The notes under the pieces are model-generated. The model was not told where the DNA came from, made no database searches, and saw nothing but the letters and a program-made list of their open reading frames with translations. Shown here in pieces: positions 53,046-64,000 of a DNA stretch of 64,000 nucleotides. Source of the DNA: Nemertoderma westbladi (taxonomy: Eukaryota; Animalia; Xenacoelomorpha); assembly GCA_032718475.1 (NCBI GenBank), contig JAUCBJ010007287.1, forward strand, positions 1 to 64,000, written 5' to 3'. Both the position numbers and the translations under genes were made by a program. Numbering within the stretch: position 1 is the first letter of the stretch; each line of letters begins with the position of its first letter.

Positions 53046-54035
53046 ATTTTACTTTATTTATTCGTATTTAATTCTAAATTAATTATTCATTTGTACTTTA
53101 TTTTAAATTAATAAATTTTATTAACTTAACTTTATACATTGATTTCTATTTTTAGATTAATTAGTTTTTATATTACCAATGAGATCACTATGACATAATG
53201 TCTATATTTATCTTTATAATGGCTATGGTATACGGCTCCCTACTGGCAACTGCTGTCGTTATTCATTAAGTTGATACGACACGGTCTCTAATGCATTGAA
53301 TATACACGTATACCCCCAAGGCAAATATAAATAAGTGGTCCCGGCTGTTAGCAGCCCTTTGATGACTCACTAATAATCCCAACGCGGCCTTGAATACACC
53401 AAATCCGTATATCACCCAAGGCTAATGTTCCAGCGGCGGCCCTCCTTTGTTCTCACTACGGCATCACTTGGGTCCTTTCCTATATCCAGGCATCCCGTAT
53501 CATAACAATGAAGCGCCTCTAAACACGCATTCCTCTCTACTAATCCCATTCCTATGCAACAGACCTGCTTCTGTTATACACTCAACTCAACATAATTAGT
53601 CAAGATGCCTACAGGGGTTTTCTAATATAGAATCAACACCATGAGAAGTTGCCCTGGTAACCGCTTATGCATGAACACACAATTAGCGAGCCACCGATTG
53701 CTGCCGCTAGAGGGCGTATTATTTGAAAATTAACATCTTCTCTAGCTTTGTTATTTACAATCCGCAAAACTATGAAGTTATATTGCTTAAGAGTTCTAAG
53801 GGGCGAGCCATGAGGCAAGATGTTTGAGACTTATTTAGATATGTTATTACTTAATTTTGGCCCCCCAATCGGTATCTATTACAATATGGGCTATATTTTT
53901 TGCAGAGTCACAGAGTCGTCTGAAGTTCCCCAGTCTGCCGCTAGAGGGCGAAATGTCTCAAAGTGAATACCATATGGTAGCCATGAATTGGTTACTAGGC
54001 AATAATACTGCATTTTGCAACGTTAGGCCTATTGC

Positions 54036-54129
54036 TGACCGAACGAAAACTGCCCTGGTTCATACAGGGATCGAACCCATGACATACGGGAGATGTGAAT
54101 TCAATGCAACCACTACACCAAGGTGGAAC
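54036..54129 (-). mobile_element. tRNA-derived SINE head
   Basis: Reverse complement of the 13685 SINE, with A and B boxes. Confidence 0.65.
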
Positions 54130-54191
54130 AGTAACCGTCGAATTTGTTCGTTGACGTTCGAATTTGTAAGACTCTCATTTAAGACCTGAAA

Positions 54192-54969
54192 CAGACTATG
54201 CCTCACTGAGGCACTGAGGCATAGACTATTCCTCACTGAGGCATCTCCTATGACTCACTGAGGCATAGACTATGACTCACTGATGCATAGACTATGCCTC
54301 ACTGAGGCATAGACTATGACTCACTGAGGTATAGACTATGACTCACTGAGGCATAGACTATGCCTCACTGAGGCACTGAGGCATAGACTATGCCGAACTG
54401 AGGCATAGACTATGCCTCACTGAGACACTGAGGCATAGAATATGCCTCTCTGAGGCATAGACTATGACTCACTTAGGCATAGACTATGCCTCACTGAGGC
54501 ATAGACTATGACTCACTGATGCATAGACTATGCCTCACTGAGGCATAGACTATGCCTCACTGAGACATAGACTATGCCTCACTGAGGCATAGACTATGAC
54601 TCACTGAGGCATAGAGGAATGCCTCACTGAAGCACTGAGGCATAGACTATGCCTCACTGAGGCATAGACTATGACTCACTGAGTCATAGACTATGACTCA
54701 CTGAGGCATAGACTATGCCCTCACTGAAGCACTGAGGCATAGAATATGCCTCACTGAGGGACTGAGGCATAGAATATGCCTCACTGAGGCATAGACTATA
54801 CCTCACTGAGGCATAGACTATGCCTCACTGAGGCATAGACTATGCCTCACTGAGGCATAGACTATGACTCACTGAGGCACTGAGGCATAGACTATGACTC
54901 AGTGCCTCAGTGAGGCATAGACTATGACTCACTGAGGCATAGACTATGCCTCACTGAGACACTGAGGCA
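54192..54969. repeat. Tandem array of a 22-bp palindromic unit (~35 copies)
   Basis: Unit A-CTATGCCTCA-C-TGAGGCATAG; no unique spacers. Confidence 0.95.
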
Positions 54970-57900
54970 CGCTGATTTTCTTTTCCAAAAAAAATTTTAT
55001 TGGTAGGCTCGCAAGCCTTCCATCCGCTCTTGTCCTCCCTAATTTTAATTTTTTATCTAGCTGTATTCTAGAATTCGCATTCACTGGAGAATAATTTTTC
55101 TTAAATTTAAATCCAACTAAATGGATTTGTCTAATAATTTTTGAAAAATTGTCTCACTTGTGGTTTCCAAGTGGAATTCCATTCCTACTGTACACACAAT
55201 CCCGCTCCTATGTGATACATAAGGGTACTACCCTCCATGTTCACATATAAAGACAATTGAATTCCACCGCTGTCTCTATCTACAGTGTAGAGGAATACAA
55301 ATGCACATACAGTAATACAAAATACTAAATTACTAAAATACGGTAAGTCTATGTGGCGGCCATCAAGGGTCCTCCACATCTCTATTTACTAAGATTGGGT
55401 GGAGATTTGTAGTCTCCTGTCTCGTTTCTAGTCTCCTTAAGGAGCACGAGACGTTGTACAGGCCTATCTACAGTACGTCCGTCAATAGTCCATACAGTAA
55501 CTGTCCTTACTACACCATGTAGGGTGCGTGGTCAAAATGACTCCAGTCAGCCAAAACCGTCTCTTCAGATTAGTTTCAGCCAATAAAATATGGTCACCTC
55601 GTCTCAAACATTGGGTATTAAGATACCAAGAGGTTCTGGTCAAAATAGAGGGCAAATAATGCTTTTGCCATATTTCCCAGAATTTGTTGGCTATCAGCTG
55701 AGTGATTTTCCAAGCTTTGTTGCCATATCCGTCGCTATCGACAGGTACCGAAGTGGGCAACAATGTCGTCAGCGCCTGCATAAGCAGGTGCGCTGGTGTC
55801 AAGGCAAACTGTACGTCGTTATTGTCTAGGATCAAAGCGATTGGTCTAGTATTTAAAACCGCTTTGATTTCTATTAACACCATCGTATTACTTTTGCCCT
55901 ACCCGTCTTGATTGAGCCAATCAGCCTTTCCCAAACGCCGCGTCTCCATGGACTGTCAGGAGTATTAAAGTTCCAAACAATATGGTGAGAACGTAGTTCC
56001 TCGGAAATCTGGTTTTGGTCCAACTTCCTTAAAGCTCTGGTAATTTCATTCCGTGCACCCACAAAGTTAGTCCCTTGGTCGCAATAAATGGATTTGACCA
56101 ATCCACGTCTAGTGATAAATCGCCGTAAGGCTAGGATAAAGGCGTTGGTGGTCGTCAGGCGCTCAATATGGACATCTCTGCTGGCCATGCAAGCGAAGAT
56201 TAATCCCCAACGTTTTACCTGTATACCCTTCCACGTTTCGCGATTATGGGTCCAAAACAGTCTATCCCTGTCTCAGTGAAAGGGGGTCTAAAAGCCTGTA
56301 ATCTTGCTAGTGGTAGTTCACTCATTTCTTGGTGTCCTATCCTCGCGTGCACCTTCTTACAAATTATACAGTTCCGTGTTACCGAACTCAGTGCCTTGCT
56401 AGGCCTAATCAGTACAACAAACCTCGATTGTAAGTGTGATAGACAGTGATGCCTACCTACGTGTTTGAGTCGTACATGTGCGTCCAGTATCATAGCGCAC
56501 TTTAACTCATGGTGTTGCGGTATGATGATAGGATACCTAAAGTCAAGTGCAAAGTCAATGTTCTGGAGGCTAGACTTGTGACAAAGTAAGCCCCTATAAA
56601 TAATCGGACTTCAACTCAAAATCGGTGAAGACTTGATCTGTTTACCCTGATTGATCGCTGTGAACTCTCGTGCGAAATGTCGCAATTGATAATGTCTTAT
56701 AATATCAACTTCACAAAGAACAACTTCCTCTAAGGTAAGTCTTCTAGGAAAGTCGCGTTTTCCTCTGGCATATTGTCTCAAACGTTTGAGCCATGCTAAC
56801 TTGCGGCACGCGTCAGTCCATGATCTAGTTAGGTTTACTATCCTGTCAACGTAAGTGTTAGTGACATCATCAGGTGAGGTATAGTTGTAATGTGGATACT
56901 TGTTTGGACTTGGTAGGCCCGCGGGCCTTCCGGTAGGTGTCTCCCTTTGCACAATAGGTTTGTCAGAGTCCTCAAGTATGTCAATCTTTACGGTCTTACC
57001 TCTACCGTCCGCACCTAGTGAATTGACTGGCAGTAACGGTTTCAACTCTACAGTGTTGGTGTGTTCCTGTGAGCTTGTAAGCTTCCTAACCTTAGTCACA
57101 CGTTTACCTGTAGGTGGTAAGTCAAGTATTTTCTTTGCGCGGAGTGTGATTGCTGTGGCCACACCTTTGTCGTCCAAAGAAGTCAAATTCGGTAAGTTGT
57201 TAATACCTAATGGGTGTGTACTAGTCCGCTCCAATGAATTCATTGCGTCCTTACAGTACACGTCATTTCTTTCCAATGGAAAGTCTAGTAGACAGTCTGG
57301 TGAGGTGTCCGGTGAACAGTCTGGTGAGACGTCTGGTGAGACATAGCGCGGAACATCCGGCGAAATGTCCTGTCGTCGGTCCCAAAAAAAGTCTGGCGTA
57401 GCTTCTGTCAGAAAGTCTGGTCTAAAGTCTGGTGGACAGTCTGTCGAGATGTCTGGTGGAGAGTCTGGTGAAACGTCCGGTAAACAATCTGTCGAGAGTT
57501 CCATAAAACAATCTGGCGAACATTCTGGAAAACAATCTGGTATCGCTTCTGGTGAATAATCTGGCGAGTCATCTGGTGAACAATCCGGCGAAACGTCTGG
57601 TGAAATCTCCTGCGGAACATCCGGTGAAAGATTCATACAAGCGTCTGGTCGAGAGTCTGGTGAGACGTCTGGCATAATGTCAGGTCTAACGTCCAGGTCA
57701 TCAGATTTCGTCCGTCCTTGTGTCCTCTTAACCTTGGCATTGGCTTTCGCTTTAGATTTGACAACTGTGTCGATTTTTATCTCGGCACCCTCCGGTATGG
57801 TATTGGTTGTCGCGTCAAATAACAGTGGCCATTCGTCTGATGGTCGCTGTAGGAAATCGGGTCCTCTAAACCAAAAGGATTTATTGTCCGGTTTACAAAA

Positions 57901-59381
57901 GTCGATCGGTAGCATCCCCCATGACGCAATGTCAGCTGGGTTCAGCTTCCCTTGACAGTGACGCCAATCTTGTTTGAGCAACCGGTTCAATATTTCAGCC
58001 CGTCTGTTGGCTACAAAAGTCTTGAACTTGAATGTTTTGTTGTTTATGTACCAAAGTACCAACGTCGCATCCGTCCAATATTTGACCTTCAAGTTAGACA
58101 CCAGCTCGCGTTGAACTAAACTGACAATATTGGTGGATATCGTCCCGGCTTGCAGCTCTCCATGAGGTACAGTCATAGACTTCAACGGCATTGTTCTAGC
58201 CCTTGAAGTAACGAGAGACGCTTCGTAGCTGTCCGATGTCACTTGTCGTCTAAGATTTAAAGTAACCCTCAGTCCATCCTTACTAGCGTCACTGAAGCTG
58301 TGAAGCTCTAAATCGGCAGGAAAGGAAAGTATACCCTTGGTATGGTATAGTCTTGTAGGAACGTCAGTTGGGCTTCCCAGTCCCTCCATTGCTCAGCTAA
58401 CTTTTCTGGGATGGGATCGTCCCATTCCAGTCCGGCTTGCCAAATGCATGTAGGATCACTGGACTAATGAAACACAATGGGTCATACAATCGACTCATGG
58501 TTGATAAGCAAGTCCTCTTAGTGAGAGGTCTAGTCTGTCCGTTGGACCTTACACGTACCCTAAAATTGTTGGTGTTTGGGTCCCAACTAAGTCCTAATAC
58601 TTTGGTCGTAGGTAGACATTCTAGGTCTAAGTCCAAATCACCTCCACTGCGATCAGTCGGGTCAAATGAGTTCACTAGTTCGGGTTTGTTGGAAGCGAAC
58701 TTTGTAAGGCGGAATCCGCCCTCAGCGAGACAATCTTGGAGTTGGTGTGCCACGGTCGTAGCGCGCTCCAGAGTGTCACAACTCTTGAGGCCGTCATCCA
58801 CGTAGAAATCTCGTTCCACTGTCCGAACTACTTCTGGGTCAAATTGGTCTTGTCTGTCCAATGCAGTTTGCTTTAAGGCGTACATGGTGCAGTTGGGGCT
58901 GTCCCTGGCTCTGAAAACTCTTAGCTGCATTTGGTAAGTTTCTGGCGGAAGTTCTAAATTTCCGTCCGGATACCAAAGAAACTTCAAACTGTCCCTGTCC
59001 CGCTCCAAAGCCTTAACCTGGTGAAACATGGCACAGGTGAAAGCCACTTTGCATTGTCTAAAACGCATTAGGACTCCCATGAGGTAATTATTCATATTCG
59101 GCCCATCCAGCAGTTCGCTGTTGATAAAGCGCAGCGCAGTCGTTGACTACACGCACATTGCCAGGTTTGTCCGGGTGTCGAACAAAATGATGTGGCAGGT
59201 AATATGTCTGATCTGTGGTTACCTCGGGATTTAACATCCTAATGGCGTATCCCTTTTGGAGATACGTCTGAAGTTGCGCATTGTATTGCATATGGGCCGT
59301 CTCATCACGCAACAATCGCTGCCTTATTGATTTGAGTTGCCTCAAAGCAATCGGGTAGTTGTTAACGAGCTTAGGTTGTCC

Positions 59382-59641
59382 GCCTCCGCTTTGCAGGACA
59401 TTGCTTTCGCCGTGAGGACCAGCCAGTGCATAATCTTGTACTTTGGCAGCCTCATGGAGTGAATAAGCATGGTGGACAGCCCATGACTTTCTTGAGACGC
59501 ATCTTAAAGGACACTGGCCTTAAAGATGCGGATGATCTAGCAAATGTCATGGGTGATAGGGAGTTGTGGCGGTGCAATTTTGTTGACAAGCCGGCACAGC
59601 ATTCTTAAAAATGCAGCTGCAATGCAGCATGCCGATCCTAG
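59382..59641 (+). mobile_element. 5'-truncated RTE-clade LINE
   Basis: RLRFAGHCFR....LVLWQP...G.P.TFLRRILKDTG......MGDRELWR; 10-bp TSD TAGGTTGTCC (59372-59381 and 59642-59651). Confidence 0.85.
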
Positions 59642-60724
59642 TAGGTTGTCCATTGCGCCACAACATGCCTACTTTGTAATGGCCATTCGCGATCTTGCGA
59701 AAGGTATTCCTCATGATATTTAATGACCGTTTTTCATGTTCTGACATAGCGGTCTCGTAACTACCTGGTTCTGCTGAATCCTGTTCTAACCATTTAATGG
59801 TTGATTCAGTCAGCAGTCGGTCATGTGCTGCTTGCACTCCGCCATGGTCCTCGTCCACGTCTTTGTCCGCTGCGGTGGCTATTGTCAATATGTCTGGTAG
59901 GCTCGCAAGCCTTCCGGTGTCACTAGTCGGTGTCGAATCGTCGTGTGGCGGTTTGACTACCTTCTGATGTGACGGTAGGCTCGCAAGCCTTCCTAGATCA
60001 ACGACCGGTGTCGAAGCCTGGTGGGTGGGGTCAATGACCTTCGGATTTTTCGGTAGGCTCGCAAGCCTTCCAAAACCCTCGTTCATTGAGTCATCCACAG
60101 CAACAACCCTTTGGTCTTCAGTAGTCAATACAACCTGGTTTACTGCAAGTAGTTGTAAGTCAGAGGTCCGTGTGGTCGTGTCCAGTTCAGTTACGTCAGT
60201 ATTGGTTACGTCTGCGACGCAATTTTGTCGTAGTGCAGTCTGTACAATTGGACCACAGGAGTGTGAAGGAGAATTATCTATTGTAGTAGTCAATAAACTA
60301 CATGTACTCAAAACGTTGTCCTCCTGGTCACTTACCTCTAATGAACGCACTGGTGCTTGAGTATACCAACCTAAGGGAGTTCTACATGCGTAGGGGTTGC
60401 CCGCTGTTATAACAGATGGGCGTGTCTCCCATACCTGATGTAAGTTAAACTGGTCTGTCACAATCAACATCGCGATTGAGCGATAGTTGACAGGACAATC
60501 CGGTATTCCAAGGTGTTGGAAATACTTACGATCTTCCGGTGATTGCTCTGGCACAGGGCCGAGCAAGTTACTAAAGTCCTTCATAGCTGCAAAGGTCAAA
60601 TTTCTTACCGGAAGTAATGAGTGCTCCTCCTTGCTGTGTTCCGCTTTGGAAAGAAGAGTGTCTAAGGTTAATTTTACTCTCATCGCTCTCTTACCATGCA
60701 TGCTGCTTACAGTATACTGAGCAG

Positions 60725-62136
60725 TAGGGCGGTGCGTTTTTTACTTTTTTTCGATTTCATTGTTCTACCGGGGCACAAAAGTTGCCAAATGGTAAAAAAA
60801 TAAGGCAAAACAAATTTCTTTAAATTTCGTATATATCTTCACGGATCCCAAGAGGGTTGAAATTTTGTGCCATCGCGATGCACCATAATGAAATATATAA
60901 CAATATAACACATTGATGAAAGATCAATGACTCAAAAAAGAACTTCCTGCATGCATCAAATGTCATCAAATGGGTCCAAACTTAGTTAGATACCAAAATT
61001 TTAATTTTTGGATCAAGGGAACTAGTGCCACAGGCATGTGGCCAGAAACTACCATTTGGCGCAAGTGATGATTATTCTCAATTTTCGCGATGGCCAACTT
61101 TGAGTTCTCCTACTGCATTCATATTATGCTCATTAGAACCGCAATGACCGATTTAGTGGGGGTAGACTCCTTCAAAACAAACGTAGAGCGAATAGTTCTT
61201 GAGATATCGCAGAAAATGTGAAGTCTGGCACAAGTCTACATTACCGCCTTGATGTGATATGGACAAATACACTAAAAATGATATTTTGAATTATCTCAAG
61301 GAATCACGAATAGACACATCACAGAAATGATCGATATAGTGGGTGAAGACACCTTCAAAATAAGAATAGAGTCATTAGTTCTTGAGTTATTTTACAAAAT
61401 GTCAAGACTACTGTATGTCCACCAATTAATACTTAATATTGAGTTGACCCATTCCACACATTTTGTACAAAAACTATAGTGAATTAATCACTACTCTTTA
61501 ATTTTGAAGTTGTCTGTATACACTAAATCAATTTGTTGCAGTGATGTGTATATTTTTGATGCCTTAAGATAATTAGAAGTAACATTTTTGTGTATTTGTC
61601 TATAAATCATCAAGGCGGTAATGTTGACTTGTGCCGTACTTTACATTTTCTGCGATATCTCAAGATCTATTCGCTCTATGCTTGTTTTGATGGTGTCTAC
61701 CCCCACTAAGTCGGTCATTGCGGTTCTAATGAGCATAATATTAATGCCGTAGGAGAACTAAAAGTTGTCCATCACCAAAATTGAGAATAATCATCACTTG
61801 CGCCAAAGAGAAGGTTCTGGTCATTTGCCTTGGCACTACTTCCCTTAATTCAAAAATTAAAATTTTGGTATCTAACTTAGTTTGGACCCATTTGATGACA
61901 TTTGATGCATGCAGGAAGTTCTTTTTTGAGTCATTGATCTTTCATCAATGTGTTATATTGTTATAAATTTCATTATGGTGCATCGCGATGGCACAAAATT
62001 TCAACCCTCTTGGGATCCGTGAAGATATAAACGAAATTGAAAGAAATTTTTTTTGCCTTATTTTTTTACCATTTGGCAACTTTTGTGCACCGGTAGAACA
62101 ATAAAATCGAAAAAAAGTAAAAAACGCACCGCCCTA
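60725..62136. mobile_element. hAT-like MITE with ~530-bp TIRs inserted in BEL pol
   Basis: TAGGGCGGTGCG...CGCACCGCCCTA; 8-bp TSD CTGAGCAG; removing it restores the reading frame (KTAQ|YTVSSMHGK). Confidence 0.9.
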
Positions 62137-64000
62137 CTGAGCAGTCTTACCTTTACTAATGTCCATAACTACGTCGGCTACTTGTTCATCGACGTAACTA
62201 AGCGATGATGCAGAGTCTAGGATAGCGTATATACGCTTGCTCCCTCGGGTTCTGGTAATCTTTATAGGAATAACGCTAAAACCTTTCAATTGGTTCTGTG
62301 TGAGGAGTGTTATGGATGGTTGTTCCTCCCCCGCATGCACGTAAAAGGTGTCGTCTTCCTCCTCGTCCTCGTCCGATGATCCCGATTGATCCATACAATC
62401 CGTGTAGAAAGTACGAATCTTGCGTGGCGCACGCTCCTTGTAAAGTGCGTCGCATCTAGCCGCTTTATCTGGATGCTCTCGTCGAAAGCGTTTGGTTGGA
62501 GTATGACTGTTCGAGTGAAGTATCGCATCATGGTTACGTCCACATAGAGGACATGTATCGTTGCTCGGGCAATCCTTCCGGACGTGTCCAGGCTTAGTAC
62601 ATCTCCAACAAGAATCCAAAGATCGAATCTGAAGTCTCCTTTCTTTGACTCCTAACTCCTTAAAAGCGCGACATCCACGTAGTTTATGTCCGCTGTGGTT
62701 TCTGCCGTTCCGCTCGCAATATGAGCATCCCACAAAGTCCGCCGGCAACTGTTGTCGTGGCTGCTTGGTGCCGATAGGCATCAGAACTTTAGAAGTTTCG
62801 GTCGGGGTGGCATAGGTAACGGCTTTAGCGTTTGTTAAGTTAGCGTTTGGTCCGAGTCGGCGCAGCAATAGCTATTTCTTCTGCCGCTATATGGTGATCG
62901 GTATAGTTGGATCGAGTCTCCACTACGGCCTCCCGCGAAATCAGTTGGTAGACGTCGGTGAGTTTTAATAGCCCACCGGCCTCTTCACGCTGATACTCGA
63001 TGCGTCGCCATTCTCGTCGTAATTGATGATGAAGTCGACCGATTATTCTAATGAGAACTGTCGGTGCATTAGCGTATTCGAGTTGTCCAATGGACCGTAA
63101 AGACCCTATAGCGTTCTTAATTTTATCCGCGAGTCGTAAAAGATCGATCGGTTTTGAAATACTTCCTCCTCTACAGTCTTCGATAATGGATTTAGCCATG
63201 GCTACGTTACCACCGTAAATCGAGTATAGACGGTCGTACGCCAACTCAAAGGCATCTGGAACACCGATGAAGGTTTCTGCTAATCGTTTCGGATCACCAG
63301 ACAGAACCTGGAGCAAGTAATTAAACTTCTCTATCAAGGTGAAAGCACACTTAGCGATCTGGGACTCTATGTAGTCTACCAGCGTACGCCAGTGTTTTGC
63401 GTTGAAGGAGAACTTCGGCGGTTCTTGTGCCGGTAATCCGTGTCTAGCCGCAAACTTCGAAATCTCGCTAACCAAGTCCAACTGTCCGCGTCCCTGTTCG
63501 ATTGCGTTGTCCAGTCGTTCCCTTTGTTCGTCGGTAGGAAATATTAACGGGATGTTCTTCTCGATGGTTCGGAGTCTGTCTAGTCTCCTGTTCTCTCCTT
63601 AGTGGTTGATGTTGTCTAGGTTGTTCCAACTCTACGCTGGTTCATGATCGATCCGACGGTTGTGCTTTGAGTCGCTCTTCAATTTGAGCTAGTCGGTCTG
63701 TCACCTCAGTGAACTGTTTGGCGCTAATCGCTTACGCTGGTTGCAACGTGGGTTTCTGCAAGGGTGTTTCTCGTGGAGGATTGTTGATGTATGGGTTCGT
63801 CGCGCTCTCCTCCCGTTTGTAATCAGCCGCCAGTCCAATACAGAATATTTCCCGTTCTGTCGACTCCGTATCGCTACATGAATCGCTGTCGTCGGGATAC
63901 GGTGGTTGGCGGGTTCGTTGTGGTCTGGGATCTACGACTCTCCGTTGTTCAGCAGGCTTGCAAGCCTTCCATGAAGTCGTAGGTCTCGTTGAACTCGGTT

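Larger units (their letters stand above)
54990..64000 (-). mobile_element. Second BEL/Pao retrotransposon (5' part outside the window; decayed, with nested insertions)
   Basis: gag (PKFSFNAKHW, Cys/His knuckles), protease AILDSAS, RT FYVDD, RNase H FSDAS, integrase (GIDCFGP, CDQGTNF, GVWERL); PPT-like GGAGCGGG at 55201-55208, probable LTR start near 55198. Confidence 0.9.

Noticed and set aside
54192-54969. CRISPR-like palindromic repeat array
   Set aside because: Head-to-tail units with no unique spacers, no cas genes, eukaryotic context.
59896-60071. CRISPR-like repeat-spacer pattern
   Set aside because: The spacers resemble each other and lie in frame within pol; this is a degenerate tandem duplication.

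Overview
AT-rich eukaryotic (probably invertebrate animal) DNA made almost entirely of nested transposable elements, plus two exons of one host gene encoding a secreted beta/gamma-crystallin-domain protein, separated by a ~33-kb intron. The main feature is a complete 17.5-kb BEL/Pao LTR retrotransposon (33122-50667, minus strand, 1.19-kb LTRs, ACTAG target-site duplication). After gag-pol it carries a second, ~1,400-codon ORF (now broken by a few stops and frameshifts) encoding a WRN/RNase D-type DEDDy 3'-5' exonuclease fused to CCHC zinc knuckles. In place of a tRNA primer-binding site it has a 12-nt sequence complementary to its own LTR, resembling Tf1-type self-priming. A decayed, diverged homologue of the same accessory ORF lies at ~7.7-8.6 kb. 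Also present: a complete GC-rich Mag-like Gypsy element, a second BEL/Pao element with a recurring covarying RNA hairpin, a Penelope-like element with a minimal hammerhead-like motif, RTE and CRE non-LTR fragments, tRNA-derived SINEs, and several MITEs (hAT, piggyBac, Tc1-like, Ginger-like). All coordinates and alignments were read by eye; no searches were run.
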